Source: Longimicrobiales bacterium (GTDB lineage Bacteria; Gemmatimonadota; Gemmatimonadetes; Longimicrobiales; Gaopeijiaceae). Taken from it: DNA of 64,000 nucleotides. Below, one piece after another: positions 24,869 to 35,938 of this stretch. The notes under the pieces are model-generated. The model did no database searches, was not told where the DNA came from, and saw only the letters and a list, made by a program, of their open reading frames with translations. Position 1 is the first letter of the stretch. The number at the start of each line of letters is the position of its first letter. The DNA is taken from NCBI GenBank assembly GCA_963422615.1, contig OY730414.1, forward strand, positions 558,001 through 622,000, given 5' to 3'. The translations under genes were made by a program, and so were the position numbers.

Positions 24869-26128
24869 GTGATCAAGGTCGAAGAGTACAGCCTCCCCAA
24901 CGGCTTGAAGGTGGTGCTTGCCCCGGATCGGTCGACCCCGGTCGTCGGGGTGAACCTGTGGTACGCCGTCGGTTCCCGGAACGAGCCCCGGGGCAGGACA
25001 GGCTTCGCCCACCTCTTTGAGCACATGATGTTTCAGGGCTCCGCCCACGTGCCCAAGAACGGGCACTTCCAGCACATCGAGCGGGCGGGCGGGTCTGCCA
25101 ACGCCACCACCTGGTTCGACCGGACGAACTATTTCGCCACCGTGCCTTCCCATCACTTGGACTTGGTCCTGTGGCTGGAGTCGGACCGGATGGGTTGGCT
25201 GCTGCCGGCGATGGACGGCGAGAAACTGGAAAACCAGCGCCAAGTCGTTATGAACGAGCGCCGTCAGCGCTACGACAACCAGCCCTACGGAGACTGGGAC
25301 GAGCGGCTCCAGTCCCTCCTTTTCCCGGCGAAGCATCCCTATCATCACACGGTCATCGGCTCCATGAAGGACATCGCCGCCGCCACCCTGGAAGACGTGC
25401 GGGACTTCTTCGCAACTTGGTACCTTCCCAACAACGCGGTACTCACCCTCTGCGGCGACTTCGATCCGGATCACGCCCGAGCCCGAGTTCACCACTACTT
25501 CGGCGCGATTCCCCCCGGTCCATCCCATCCCCTTCCCGGTGAAGCGGAAATCCCCTTCGAGACCGGCGGGACGGTGCGCACCGACGTGGCGTCTTCGGTG
25601 CCGCTGCCCAGGGTGTACGCGGGGGTCCTTGCCCCGCCATTCACGACCGAAGCCTTCTACCCGGGGGAGGTCGTATCGGGCTGCTTGGGGATGGGGCGGT
25701 CCTCAAGGCTGTACGCCCGTCTCGTTCGGTCCCGGGTCGCGAAGTCGGCGGTCTGTCATCTCTTCCCTCTCACGGGCGGCGCCACGATCTTCATCGTGGT
25801 TGTCACGGGGTTTCCCGATACTGATGTGGACGACTTGGAGGACGCGGTGGTCCGGGAACTTGACGACGCGGCGACCCTCACCGAGGAAGAGATCGCCCGG
25901 GCCGTCGTCGGGGCAGAGACCCGAACTCTCCGGGAGCTCCAGCGGGTAGAGTCCAGGGCCGATCTTCTTTCCATGTACGCCACCTGCTTCGGCGATTCGA
26001 ACCGCTTGAACGACGATCTGAAGCGGCTTCGCACGGTCGGCGCGGAGCGGGCGCGGGATTGGGCCACTCGTTACCTCCATGACGGCAACCGCGCTGTCGT
26101 GCGCTACATCCCGAAGGGGTCGGCATGA
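24869..26128 (+). CDS. M16 (pitrilysin) zinc peptidase, catalytic subunit
   Basis: LPNGLKVVL, GFAHLFEHMMFQGS (HxxEH), NATTWFDRTNY and ESDRM. Start is GTG 24869 or ATG 24809. Confidence 0.93.
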   Translation: MIKVEEYSLPNGLKVVLAPDRSTPVVGVNLWYAVGSRNEPRGRTGFAHLFEHMMFQGSAHVPKNGHFQHIERAGGSANATTWFDRTNYFATVPSHHLDLVLWLESDRMGWLLPAMDGEKLENQRQVVMNERRQRYDNQPYGDWDERLQSLLFPAKHPYHHTVIGSMKDIAAATLEDVRDFFATWYLPNNAVLTLCGDFDPDHARARVHHYFGAIPPGPSHPLPGEAEIPFETGGTVRTDVASSVPLPRVYAGVLAPPFTTEAFYPGEVVSGCLGMGRSSRLYARLVRSRVAKSAVCHLFPLTGGATIFIVVVTGFPDTDVDDLEDAVVRELDDAATLTEEEIARAVVGAETRTLRELQRVESRADLLSMYATCFGDSNRLNDDLKRLRTVGAERARDWATRYLHDGNRAVVRYIPKGSA

Positions 26129-26186
26129 CCGGGGCGGCAGGTACCGTGAACCGCCTTGCCGGAGCTTTCGCCTTGGCGCCGTTTCG

Positions 26187-27563
26187 GTGAGCGGCGTTGC
26201 CAGGCCCGGTCGCGCGGCGAATCCGCCTCCGCCCGGGGAAATCCGGCCCTACGCCTTTCCAGCCGTGTTGGCAAAGCGCCTGGGAAACGGAATGGCGGTT
26301 CGGGTGGTGCGCGAGGGTTCGTTTCCGCTGGTTACCGCCATGTTGGTTGTCCGGGTGGGGGAGACCGCTTCCCCGGCGGGCCAGGACGGATTGGCGGCCC
26401 TTACCGCTGACATCCTGGAGGGGGGGACCCACGCCCTGTCCAGTGAGGCGTTGGCCCGGCTCCTCGAGGACATAGGGGCGAGCTACGGGGCCACGACGGG
26501 ATGGGACTCAACCGCCGTGGCCGTTTCCTGCATGGCCGAACACTTGGGGGAGGCCACGGCGATCCTGGGAGACATAATCCGTACCGCGACGTTTGCGTCA
26601 ACGGAGTTCGATCGCTGCAGGGCCCAGCGCGTAGCGACGGCACGGCACCGCGCGATGGACCCGGCGGCGGTGGCTGCGGACGCCCATGCCCGCTTCATGT
26701 ACCGGAAGGGCGACACGTACGCCCGACCCCTGGGCGGGACAGAGGCTTCCCTTGAGAGTCTGGCCTCGGCAGATGCTCGCACCTTCTCCCGGAGGCATTA
26801 CGGGCCTGGGACGACGGCCTTGGTCGTGGTGGGCGACCTGGAGGCGAGCGAAGTCGTGGCCATCGCGGAAGAATCCCTGGGTGGATGGGACCGCAAAACC
26901 GGTGTCGGTCCCGAACCGAAGGCCTCGCCTCGGCATCGGGAGGGCACCGTTCATGTGGTCCACCGCCCCGGGGCGGTTCAGTCCGAGATCCGGGTGGGCC
27001 ATTTGGGCGTATCCAGGGCGGTTCGGGACTACTTTCCCCTCCGGTTACTCAACTTGGTTCTGGGCGGCTCCTTCTCCTCGCGCCTCAACCTGAACCTGCG
27101 GGAAAAGCGCGGGTTCACCTACGGGGTTCGGTCCGGGTTCGCCGCCCGGAGAGGCCCGGGCCCCTTCGTCGTCTCCACGGCCGTGGAAACCTCGGTCACG
27201 GGACGGGCCACCGCCGAGATCGTCAAGGAGATCAAGGCCATCGCGGAGCACGGACCGTCGAAAGAAGAGGTCGAAGCCGCAAGGAGTTACTTGGCCGGGG
27301 TCTTTCCCCTTCGGATGGAGACGACGGGGCAGCTCGCTTCGGCGATCGCGGAAATGGTCGTCTACGACCTGCCGCAAGACTACTTCCGGAGCTATCGCGA
27401 GCGGATCCGGGACGTCACGCTTGAACAGGCCATCGATGCCGGGCGGAACCACATTCGTGCCGGGGAATTGTGTACTGTCGTCGTTGGGGATGCCGAGGCG
27501 GTGGTTTCCCAGATGGAGGCCCTGGGGATCGGGAAGGTATCGGTTCACGAAGGATTCGAATGA
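26187..27563 (+). CDS. M16 peptidase, non-catalytic partner subunit
   Basis: LGNGMAV, GLAALTADILEGGT (no HxxEH) and LGGSFSSRLNLNLREKRGFTYG. Confidence 0.9.
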   Translation: MSGVARPGRAANPPPPGEIRPYAFPAVLAKRLGNGMAVRVVREGSFPLVTAMLVVRVGETASPAGQDGLAALTADILEGGTHALSSEALARLLEDIGASYGATTGWDSTAVAVSCMAEHLGEATAILGDIIRTATFASTEFDRCRAQRVATARHRAMDPAAVAADAHARFMYRKGDTYARPLGGTEASLESLASADARTFSRRHYGPGTTALVVVGDLEASEVVAIAEESLGGWDRKTGVGPEPKASPRHREGTVHVVHRPGAVQSEIRVGHLGVSRAVRDYFPLRLLNLVLGGSFSSRLNLNLREKRGFTYGVRSGFAARRGPGPFVVSTAVETSVTGRATAEIVKEIKAIAEHGPSKEEVEAARSYLAGVFPLRMETTGQLASAIAEMVVYDLPQDYFRSYRERIRDVTLEQAIDAGRNHIRAGELCTVVVGDAEAVVSQMEALGIGKVSVHEGFE

Positions 27564-27889
27564 AGCGGTCGGTACCCGGGAGGGCCTCGCACTCCTGGAC
27601 ACCGAACCGGCCGGCCGGCCGGGGTCGAGTCGCTCCCGCCATTCGGACGTCGGCCTCCCTGTCACCTGGAGGGGAACCGGTGTCCTTTGGAGAGGACGCT
27701 TCCGGGAGACGTACCCCACGGGATTGACGTTCCCACCCGAACGACGTGCCCCACGGGGTCCACCGGGTCTTGGGGGACGAATCGGACGGCACGCTTTATG
27801 CTCCTACTCGGGCGACAGCGAGAATTTGCGGACTTCACGCACCCGGACGAACCGGATGCCAAACCGCCGATGGGGCAAGGTAGGGAACC

Positions 27890-28540
27890 ATGGTCAGGGT
27901 GAAACTGCTTCGAGTCCAGAAAGACAGCCCCGAGCGGGAGAGTAGAAACCAACCCAAAGCAATCGGCGAACTGGATGACAGCCAAGTCGTTCGGCGCTTC
28001 CTCGAGGGGGAGACCCGGGCCTTCGCCGAACTGGTTCGCAGATACGACAAGCGCCTGGGAAGATTCGTCTACCGCATGGTGGGAGACTGGGAGCGAGCAG
28101 AGGACTTGGTGCAGGAGACCTTCATTCGAGTCTACCGGCACCTCCACCGATTCGACCAGAACAGAAAGTTTTCCACCTGGGTCTACACCATCGCGGGGAA
28201 CCTGGCCAAGAATGAACTGCGCAACCGGTCCAGAAATCCCGTGGTTCTCTTTCAGACGATCAGGAAGAACTGGGAAGCCGATGCCCGGCCTCTTGAGTGG
28301 GAAGATCCCAAGACCCGTCCGGACGATCTTTACCGCAAACGCTTCCTCCGGGAGAAGGTGAACGAAGCGGTGTCACAGCTTCCGGAGCATCACCGGGCCG
28401 TCTTCGTTTTGCGGGAAATGCAAGGCAAGACCTATGAGGAGATCGCCCAGATCACCGCATGCAACCTGGGTACCGTGAAGAGCCGGTTGAACCGGGCTCG
28501 GAACAACTTCGCCCGAATCATCGCTCCGATGGTGGATTGA
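27890..28540 (+). CDS. ECF sigma-70 factor
   Basis: AEDLVQETF, FSTWVYTIAGN, region 4 YEEIA...GTVKSRLNRAR. Confidence 0.95.
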   Translation: MVRVKLLRVQKDSPERESRNQPKAIGELDDSQVVRRFLEGETRAFAELVRRYDKRLGRFVYRMVGDWERAEDLVQETFIRVYRHLHRFDQNRKFSTWVYTIAGNLAKNELRNRSRNPVVLFQTIRKNWEADARPLEWEDPKTRPDDLYRKRFLREKVNEAVSQLPEHHRAVFVLREMQGKTYEEIAQITACNLGTVKSRLNRARNNFARIIAPMVD

Positions 28541-28666
28541 CGGCCGGATCCCCCGGTCGGAAAGCCGGGTCGCCCGGCTTCAAAGGGCCGGAAGGGCCGC
28601 GCTGAACGAAAACCGCACCCCCGTTGCCCCCAAAGCCCCCGGAGACAGACCCTCCTTGCCCCAAGC

Positions 28667-28694
28667 GGAAACTCTTCGCATTCATTACTGTATA
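28667..28694 (+). promoter_or_regulatory. Putative ECF-type promoter upstream of the anti-sigma gene
   Basis: GGAAAC-N16-TGTATA, close to the SigW-type consensus TGAAAC-N16-CGTA. Confidence 0.35.
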
Positions 28695-28786
28695 CATTTC
28701 GGAACACGGAATGCGATGCGGAACAAAGAAGCCGTTGAGTTCGTACCGAAAGAAGTCACCAAATACAAACCGTAGGGGCCTGCATT

Positions 28787-29362
28787 GTGGAAAGACCGAT
28801 CAGCGTTCAACCGGACTGTCAAGAATTCCTGAATCGGCACTCGGAGTATCGAGATGACCGCCTGGGTGAGGCGGACCTGGCTTTGATGAAGGCGCATATG
28901 GTCTCCTGTCCATCCTGTTGTCGGTATGACCGGGTGCTTGACGCGGGCGTGGCGATCCTCCGGGACACGGAAGCGGGACGGTCCGGCGAAGGTCTGGAGC
29001 TCGCCGGCATCCAGCGGCAGGTGAGGATCCTGGAAAGGCGGGAGTCCGCGGCCTTGGGCGCGGTGGGTTCGGGGATGAGCGCGGCGGCTGCCGTCGGTGT
29101 CGCGGTGCTTCTGGGTGTGGTTGCTTGGTCTCCCTTCCTCTTTGACAACCCGCCTGAAGTGGAGATAGAGCCGGTCGTGGCAGGCGCACCGCTTCCCGCA
29201 TCCGCTCCCGGCTTTTTCCCGCCTTCCGCCGCGCAATCGCATTCCTTTATGGCTCTGCCGGAAGAGGAAGCGGCCCGGGCCCGCTCCATGCTCCTCAAGT
29301 ACGGACGGAATCGTGCCCGCGTGACCGCACGTAACGCAGAATCCGCCTTGGAGCCCGATTAG
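28787..29362 (+). CDS. Zinc-binding (ZAS / zf-HC2) membrane anti-sigma factor
   Basis: DCQEFL...HMVSCPSC (HxxxCxxC), one TM helix, downstream of the ECF gene. Confidence 0.85.
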   Translation: MERPISVQPDCQEFLNRHSEYRDDRLGEADLALMKAHMVSCPSCCRYDRVLDAGVAILRDTEAGRSGEGLELAGIQRQVRILERRESAALGAVGSGMSAAAAVGVAVLLGVVAWSPFLFDNPPEVEIEPVVAGAPLPASAPGFFPPSAAQSHSFMALPEEEAARARSMLLKYGRNRARVTARNAESALEPD

Positions 29363-29492
29363 CCGGGATTAGCCGGGCCCGTCGGAGCCCGAGGTACAAC
29401 GGATCCGTTCAAGCTGGGCGGCTTGATCCCGGGGATTTCGGGGTGTCTATTGGGGGTGTGCAACCCCCACCGGCCTCTGGTGTGCCTGAAAA

Positions 29493-30509
29493 ATGTCTCT
29501 TTTGTTGTCCCGATCCGTGATTCCGGGTAAGCGTGGAGGGGTCTTCTTTCTTCACGGCGACGACGAGTACCGGAAATCCGCAGCGGTCTCGCTTCTCCTG
29601 GAGAATTACCTGGATCCGGCCACCCGGGACTTCAACTTCGACCGCTTCGAGGGCCCGGAGACATCGGTCGAAAGGCTCGCAACCGTAATCGCCACGCCGC
29701 CCTTGATGGCCCGCTGGCGGGTGGTCCTCGTGAGGGAAGCGGAGGCCCTCACGACCAGCCCGAAGGCGCGGAAGGTATTGCTCGAAACGGCGAAAAATCC
29801 ACCGCCGGGACTTGTTTTGATCCTTCGCGCCACTGTGCCCTCCCGATCCCGGGCCAAGTTCTACAAAGTCTTGGCCCGAATCGCCACGGCGGCGGAATTC
29901 GACCCTGTACCCCTTCACGAGGTGCCGGGCTGGTTGGTGTCTTGGGCTCGGGAGGAGCTCAACTTGACAGTCGAGATCGAGGCGGCCCAGGCGTTGGCAG
30001 GCGCGGTGGGAACAAATCTCGGAGTGCTGACTCAGGAAGTGAAGAAGCTGGCGGCCATGGTCGACGAAGGCGCTCCGGTGGACACCGACGCCGTCCGCAG
30101 GGGCGGCCTGAACCTTCCCCGCCAGGATCGATGGGCATGGTTCGACCTCGTGGGCAACCGCCGAATTCCGGAGGCCCTGAAGGGACTTCCGGTTATTTTG
30201 GGACAAGGGGAAACGCCCGTCGGACTCGTGATCGGTCTGTCGGCGCTTCTGTTGCGTATCGGTGTCGCCGTTGAGGGGGGCAAACCCGCGTTGGATGCCG
30301 CGCTTCCCCCCTACCAGCGTTTCCTGGCTCGGCGCATCCTGGGGCAAGCCCGGCACTGGACACCTTCCGACTTGGCCAATGCGGTCGGGGGTCTTCGGCG
30401 TTTGGACAGGCTTTTGAAGGCCAGTTCGCTTCCCGGAGAAGTTCTTCTGGAGGAATGGCTCCTGGAGCGGGTAGTCCGAGAACAGAGGTCCACCGCCGGA
30501 GCCGCCTGA
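29493..30509 (+). CDS. holA: DNA polymerase III delta subunit
   Basis: [41 protein letters not shown] and DRLLKAS. Confidence 0.9.
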   Translation: MSLLLSRSVIPGKRGGVFFLHGDDEYRKSAAVSLLLENYLDPATRDFNFDRFEGPETSVERLATVIATPPLMARWRVVLVREAEALTTSPKARKVLLETAKNPPPGLVLILRATVPSRSRAKFYKVLARIATAAEFDPVPLHEVPGWLVSWAREELNLTVEIEAAQALAGAVGTNLGVLTQEVKKLAAMVDEGAPVDTDAVRRGGLNLPRQDRWAWFDLVGNRRIPEALKGLPVILGQGETPVGLVIGLSALLLRIGVAVEGGKPALDAALPPYQRFLARRILGQARHWTPSDLANAVGGLRRLDRLLKASSLPGEVLLEEWLLERVVREQRSTAGAA

Positions 30510-30540
30510 ACCGGGACCGGGCTTGGGGAGGTTCAACGGG

Positions 30541-32844
30541 GTGAACACGACGGATATGCGTACGAAAGAGGAAGCAAACCAGGAGGTTCGGTTGCGCGTT
30601 CGCGGCATGAACTGTGCCTCGTGCGTGGCTACGGTGGAAAGGGCCCTTGCTTCCGTTGACGGGGTGGCGGAGGCTCAGGTGAACTTTCTGGAAGCGCTTG
30701 CCAGGGTTCGGTTCGCTGGCTCGGGCGTCGTCCCTCCCGCTCTGGTTCGGGCAGTTGGAGAAGCCGGATACGAGGCCAGGGTTCTCGAAGACGCCCTGGA
30801 CGCCCTGGAATCCGCCCGGGTCCGGGACGACGCGCGAATCGCCGAGTATGGTAAGTTGCTCGGGCGGTTCCGCATCGGGGCGCTGTGCGCGGTCCCGGTC
30901 GTTCTGATTGGCCACTGGGACATGATCCCCGGCTTGCCGCCCCTGGAAGGCGAAGTCCGCATGGCGATGTGGCGGCTCTCCGGGCTCCTTACCCTGCCGG
31001 TCCTTTTCTACGTGGGGCGGGATTTCTTCACCGGTGCCTGGGCCGCACTGAAGCGACGAACGTCCAACATGGACACCCTGATCGGGTTGGGGACGGGGAT
31101 GGCGTGGCTGTACTCGACGGTTGCGGTCATGGCGCCAGGCCTGTTCCCTGGCGACACGGGTCGCCCCTTCTACGAAGCGGTCGCGGTGGTCATCACCTTG
31201 GTGGTCCTGGGCCAGGCCCTGGAGGCTCGAGCCAAGGGCCGGACCGCCCAGGCCCTCCGCTCCCTCTTCGACCTGACCCCCAAGACCGCAGACCGGGTCT
31301 CCGGGGACAGGACCGAGACCGTGCCGGTTGCGGAGATCCGCGCGGGGGACGTTCTCCTCGTCCGGCCTGGAAGCCGGGTTCCCTTTGATGGCCGCGTCCT
31401 GTCGGGAGAAAGCGATGTGGACGAGTCCATGCTCACGGGGGAGAGCGTTCCCGTTGTCAAATCACCGGGCGACGCCGTCACCGGTGGCACGGTCAACGGA
31501 ACGGGTGTCCTGACCCTTGAGGCGACCCGGACCGGTGCCGACACCGTCTTGGCCGACATTGTCCGGATGGTCGAGAAGGCCCAGGGGGCCAAGCCGCCGG
31601 TCCAGAAGGTCGTGGACGCGATTGCGAGCTACTTCGTGCCCGTGGTGATCTTGGTCGCGCTGGTTACCTTCGGGGTCTGGTATGGGGCGGGGGAACCCCG
31701 CTTGGCGGTGGTGGCGGCCGTTTCGGTTCTCGTGATCGCGTGTCCGTGCGCGCTGGGTCTTGCCACTCCCCTCTCGGTGATGATCGCCATCGGGAAGGCC
31801 GCCCGATGCGGCATCATCATCCGCAACGGAGAGGCGCTGCAGAAGGCCCGCCGGGTAGACGCGGTGGTCTTGGACAAGACCGGAACGCTCACCCGGGGAA
31901 GACCGGAGGTAGTGTACGCGGCTCCATCGGAAGGCTTCGCCAAAGGGGAGCTCTTCCGGGCGGCGGGGAGTGCGGTGTCGGCTTCGGAACACCCTGCGGC
32001 CAAGGCCGTCGCTCGATACGCTGTTGCCCAGGGAACAGTGCTGAAGCGCGCCGAAGACTTTGCCGCGTACCCTGGCCGGGGGGCTTCCGCCGTCGTTGAT
32101 GGGAAGCGGGTTCTCGTGGGTTCACCGTCGTTTCTAGCCGCCCTCGGGGTGGACACGAGGCCGTTGCGAAGCTCCGCTGACCGCATTGCGGCCGCCGCCC
32201 GAACTCCGGTGGCGGTGGCGGTCGGGGGGAGCGCGGCGGGGATTTTCGGAGTTGCCGACACGGTTCGTCACGATGCCCTCCCCACCCTGAGCCGCCTCCG
32301 CCGCTCGGGAGTGGAAGTGGTCATGGCGACGGGAGATGCGAAGTCGGCTGCGGAAAACATCGCTGCCCAGCTGGGTGGAATTCGGGTGCTCGCCCAGGTT
32401 TCGCCGGAAGAAAAAGCCCGAGAGATCCGAGAACTTCGGGCCCGGGGCCGAACCGTTGCCATGGTCGGAGATGGGATCAACGACGCCCCGGCCCTGGCCG
32501 AAGCAGATGTCGGCATCGCCATGGGAGGCGGCACGGAAGTTGCTCTGCGCACGGGGGACGTGGCCTTGCTCGGTGACTCCCTCCGGGGCGTGGAGGTCCT
32601 TTTCCGCCTCTCCCGGGCAGCGCACAGGAACATCGTCCAGAACTTGATCGGAGCCTTTGCCTACAATGTCATCGGCATACCCGTCGCTGCCGGGGTACTC
32701 TACACCTCGTTCGGTCTCCTCCTTTCGCCCATGATCGCCGGGGCGGCCATGGCCTTCAGCTCCGTTACCGTCGTGGCGAATGCGAACCGGTTGCGGCGCT
32801 TTCGGCCTGACCTGGAACCGGCGGGCGGGCTCCCACTGTCCTGA
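30541..32844 (+). CDS. copA: Cu(I)-translocating P1B-1 ATPase
   Basis: HMA motif [36 protein letters not shown] and MAFSS. Start is GTG 30541 or ATG 30556. Confidence 0.93.
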   Translation: MNTTDMRTKEEANQEVRLRVRGMNCASCVATVERALASVDGVAEAQVNFLEALARVRFAGSGVVPPALVRAVGEAGYEARVLEDALDALESARVRDDARIAEYGKLLGRFRIGALCAVPVVLIGHWDMIPGLPPLEGEVRMAMWRLSGLLTLPVLFYVGRDFFTGAWAALKRRTSNMDTLIGLGTGMAWLYSTVAVMAPGLFPGDTGRPFYEAVAVVITLVVLGQALEARAKGRTAQALRSLFDLTPKTADRVSGDRTETVPVAEIRAGDVLLVRPGSRVPFDGRVLSGESDVDESMLTGESVPVVKSPGDAVTGGTVNGTGVLTLEATRTGADTVLADIVRMVEKAQGAKPPVQKVVDAIASYFVPVVILVALVTFGVWYGAGEPRLAVVAAVSVLVIACPCALGLATPLSVMIAIGKAARCGIIIRNGEALQKARRVDAVVLDKTGTLTRGRPEVVYAAPSEGFAKGELFRAAGSAVSASEHPAAKAVARYAVAQGTVLKRAEDFAAYPGRGASAVVDGKRVLVGSPSFLAALGVDTRPLRSSADRIAAAARTPVAVAVGGSAAGIFGVADTVRHDALPTLSRLRRSGVEVVMATGDAKSAAENIAAQLGGIRVLAQVSPEEKAREIRELRARGRTVAMVGDGINDAPALAEADVGIAMGGGTEVALRTGDVALLGDSLRGVEVLFRLSRAAHRNIVQNLIGAFAYNVIGIPVAAGVLYTSFGLLLSPMIAGAAMAFSSVTVVANANRLRRFRPDLEPAGGLPLS

Positions 32845-35447
32845 GCCCGCGCCCCGCCTCGGAGACCCCGCTCATGCGGCAGTGGCGGGAAATCAAGTCC
32901 CGCCATCGGGACGCTCTCGTTTTCTTTCGAGTCGGCGACTTCTACGAGCTGTTCTCCGGTGACGCCGAGGAGGGCTCTCGGCTCCTTGGGTTGACCCTGA
33001 CGTCCCGGAACAACGGAGCCGCCGGCCGGGTCCCCCTGGCCGGAGTCCCCGCGAAGGCCCTTGACGAGTACTTGGCTCGCCTGGTCAAGCTGGGAAAGCG
33101 GGTGGCCATCTGCGAACAGGTGGAAGATCCGGCAGAAGCCAGGGGCATCGTGCGCAGGGAAGTCGTGGAGACCGTGACCCCGGGCACGGTCCTCTCCGAT
33201 GTCGTCCTGGAAGAGAAGCGGAACAACTTCATCGTCGCACTGGCTCCCCAAGGCTCGACCACGGGAGTGGCCGCCCTGGATGTGTCGACGGGCGAAATGG
33301 TGGTTCTGGCGGCCGGTCCCGGGGAGCTCGAAGATGAGCTTGACCGCTTCGAGCCCCGGGAGTTCCTGATGCCCGAATCGGCCGATTTGTCGCTGCGGGA
33401 TGGGACGGCCGCCGTCATGACCCTCCGGCCGGACTGGCGCTTCGGCGTGGAAACTGCCCGCGACGAACTCGTGCGACAGTACGGCGTCCACTCTCTGGAC
33501 GGCTTCGGTTTCCAGTCCGGAGATGAATCCCTGATCCGGGCAGCGGGAGCCCTGATTGCGTATGTAGAGGAGATCAGGCCGGGCTCCGGTGGGCAGTTGC
33601 GCCCTCCCAGGATCCAGCGCTCGGGGTCGATCATGACCCTGGACGCCATGACCCGTCGCAACCTGGAGTTGGTCGAGCCCCTTCGGCCCTTCGAAGGCGA
33701 TGCGTCTCTGATATCGGTGCTGGATGCGACGACGACGCCCATGGGTGCCCGCCTCTTGAGGACATGGGTCCTGAGGCCCTTGCTGGATGCAAGGGAGATA
33801 CGGAGCCGCCAAGCCGGGGTCGCGAAGTTGGTTGCTTCCCCGGAAATCCGTTCCGCCCTTCGGTCCGCCCTGGGCGAGATCCGGGATCTGGACCGACTTG
33901 CAACCAAGATCGCTTCGGGCCGGGCCTTGCCCAAGGAGGTGTTGGCCCTTGGACTGTCCATCCGCCGGCTCCCCGAAGTGCAACGCTTCGGGGCCGAACT
34001 CCGGAGCAGGATTCTCTCGGCGCTCCTGGAGGACATGGACGGCCTGGAGGATCTGGGGGCGCGCATCACGGAGGCCATTTCCGAAGACGCTCCCGCAGTG
34101 CTGGCGGATGGGAACGTAATCCGCCAGGGCTTCAATGAAGAGCTGGACGAACTCCGGGTGACTCGTGACGGGGCCCGAGAGTTCATCGCCGGACTGCAGG
34201 CCAGTGAGCGGAAGCGGACCGGAATTCCGTCCCTGAAGGTGGGATACAACAAGGTGTTCGGCTACTACCTGGAAGTCACGAAGCCGAATCTCGCGCGGGT
34301 GCCCCCTCACTTCGTCCGCAAGCAAACCCTGACGGGCGCGGAGCGCTACTTCACCCCGGAGCTCAAGGAGTGGGAAGAGAGGGTGCTGGGGGCGGAGGAC
34401 CGGATCGCGCAACTCGAGCAGAGCCTGTTTCTTCGGGTGAGAAGTGAGCTGGCGGGCGCCGTGCCCCGGATTCGGCAAACGAGCCATCGCATTGCCACTC
34501 TGGATGTCATTGCGTCCCTGGCGGAGGTCGCCGAGAAAAAGGGGTATGGACGCCCTGAGGTCACGACCGACTTCGAACTTGACATCGTTGCGGGCCGCCA
34601 CCCCGTCGTCGAGACCGTCATGCCCCGGGAAGACTTCATTCCCAACGACCTACGCCTGACCCGAGACGGAAGGATCGTGATCCTGACCGGTCCCAACATG
34701 GCGGGCAAGAGCACCGTGCTGCGCCAAGTGGGTTTGATCCAGCTCATGGCCCAGATCGGGTCCTTCGTCCCTGCAAAAAAGGCGCGCTTGGGGGTCTGCG
34801 ACCGGGTCTTCACCCGGGTCGGCGCTTCGGACAGTCTGGCGCGGGGTCAGTCCACTTTCATGGTCGAGATGAACGAGACGGCGGCCATCATCCATGGAGC
34901 CACGGACCGGAGTCTGGTCCTCCTGGACGAGATCGGAAGGGGAACGTCTACGTATGACGGGGTGTCTATTGCGTGGGCGGTAACCGAGCACCTCTATGAG
35001 GAGGTGGGCGCCAAGGCCGTCTTCGCCACTCACTACCATGAGCTTACCCAGTTGGGCGATCTTCTTTCGGGCGTGAGGAATCTCAACGTAGCGGTGCAGG
35101 AATCGGGAGAGCGGATCGTTTTCTTGCGCCGCCTGGAGGAAGGCGGAGCCAACCGGTCCTACGGTATCCAGGTGGCGCGGCTGGCGGGCTTTTCTCCCCG
35201 TTTGATCGCTCGGGCCACGGAAATTCTTGCCGAGCTGGAGAGAACCCACTCAGGGGGAGGCGGGGGCCTCGGGCGACTTGGCGCTCCGGTCCCGGAAGGT
35301 AGTGTCTGTCGCGAGCAATTTTCTTTCTTCAACGCGGAGCATCCCGTGGTAGAACGGATCAGAAGACTGGACCCGGACCGCATGACTCCGCTTGAAGCCT
35401 TGAACATCCTTCAAGCCCTACGGAAGTCGGTGGAGGACACATCATGA
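32841..35447 (+). CDS. mutS: DNA mismatch repair protein MutS (start CTG 32841 proposed; first ATG is 32874)
   Basis: [49 protein letters not shown] and SYGIQVA. Confidence 0.97.
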   Translation: MSPRPASETPLMRQWREIKSRHRDALVFFRVGDFYELFSGDAEEGSRLLGLTLTSRNNGAAGRVPLAGVPAKALDEYLARLVKLGKRVAICEQVEDPAEARGIVRREVVETVTPGTVLSDVVLEEKRNNFIVALAPQGSTTGVAALDVSTGEMVVLAAGPGELEDELDRFEPREFLMPESADLSLRDGTAAVMTLRPDWRFGVETARDELVRQYGVHSLDGFGFQSGDESLIRAAGALIAYVEEIRPGSGGQLRPPRIQRSGSIMTLDAMTRRNLELVEPLRPFEGDASLISVLDATTTPMGARLLRTWVLRPLLDAREIRSRQAGVAKLVASPEIRSALRSALGEIRDLDRLATKIASGRALPKEVLALGLSIRRLPEVQRFGAELRSRILSALLEDMDGLEDLGARITEAISEDAPAVLADGNVIRQGFNEELDELRVTRDGAREFIAGLQASERKRTGIPSLKVGYNKVFGYYLEVTKPNLARVPPHFVRKQTLTGAERYFTPELKEWEERVLGAEDRIAQLEQSLFLRVRSELAGAVPRIRQTSHRIATLDVIASLAEVAEKKGYGRPEVTTDFELDIVAGRHPVVETVMPREDFIPNDLRLTRDGRIVILTGPNMAGKSTVLRQVGLIQLMAQIGSFVPAKKARLGVCDRVFTRVGASDSLARGQSTFMVEMNETAAIIHGATDRSLVLLDEIGRGTSTYDGVSIAWAVTEHLYEEVGAKAVFATHYHELTQLGDLLSGVRNLNVAVQESGERIVFLRRLEEGGANRSYGIQVARLAGFSPRLIARATEILAELERTHSGGGGGLGRLGAPVPEGSVCREQFSFFNAEHPVVERIRRLDPDRMTPLEALNILQALRKSVEDTS

Positions 35448-35866
35448 GGCGAGAATCCAGGAACAAACCGCGCAGATTCACAGGTGCCGCTGCGGGCTTC
35501 GCCGTCGGCTTGCTCACCACGGTGACGGCGTGCGGCGGAGACCGGGAAATCGACAAACCCGATCCCCTTTTTTCGGAGAGTCCGGTGGAGTACCCCCTGG
35601 ATCTGTGGCACCAGGATGTGGAAGGCAGCACCGTGGTGCGAGTTCTCGTGAACGAGGAAGGTGGCGTGGACAGCGTCATGATAGCGGAAACCAGCGGCCA
35701 CGTGGCCCTTGACTCCGCGGCGGTGCGGGGGGCCAGGGCCATGGTATTTACCCCGGCTCGAAAAGAAGGGAAGCCTTTGCGGGTTTGGGCCCGGGTTCCC
35801 GTATACTTCTCGAAGGACGGAAAGCCCCCGCCGACCCTCGGTCCGCGGTCCACGGGAGGCGGATGA
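35444..35866 (+). CDS. TonB C-terminal domain lipoprotein
   Basis: Lipobox VTA-C; YP...VEG..VVRVLV...G.V...SG...LD.AAV...FTPA..G. Confidence 0.85.
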   Translation: MRRESRNKPRRFTGAAAGFAVGLLTTVTACGGDREIDKPDPLFSESPVEYPLDLWHQDVEGSTVVRVLVNEEGGVDSVMIAETSGHVALDSAAVRGARAMVFTPARKEGKPLRVWARVPVYFSKDGKPPPTLGPRSTGGG

Positions 35867-35938
35867 GATGATCCCGGCGCTCGGGCGGGTCCTTGCCGTC
35901 CTCGGGCTCCGGTCAACAACCCGGGGAAGGGGTACGAG

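Noticed and set aside
24623..25528. N-terminal 300 aa of the 675-aa ORF 23501-25528
   Set aside because: Overlaps the M16 peptidase on the other strand; the aminotransferase starts at 24622 with an RBS.
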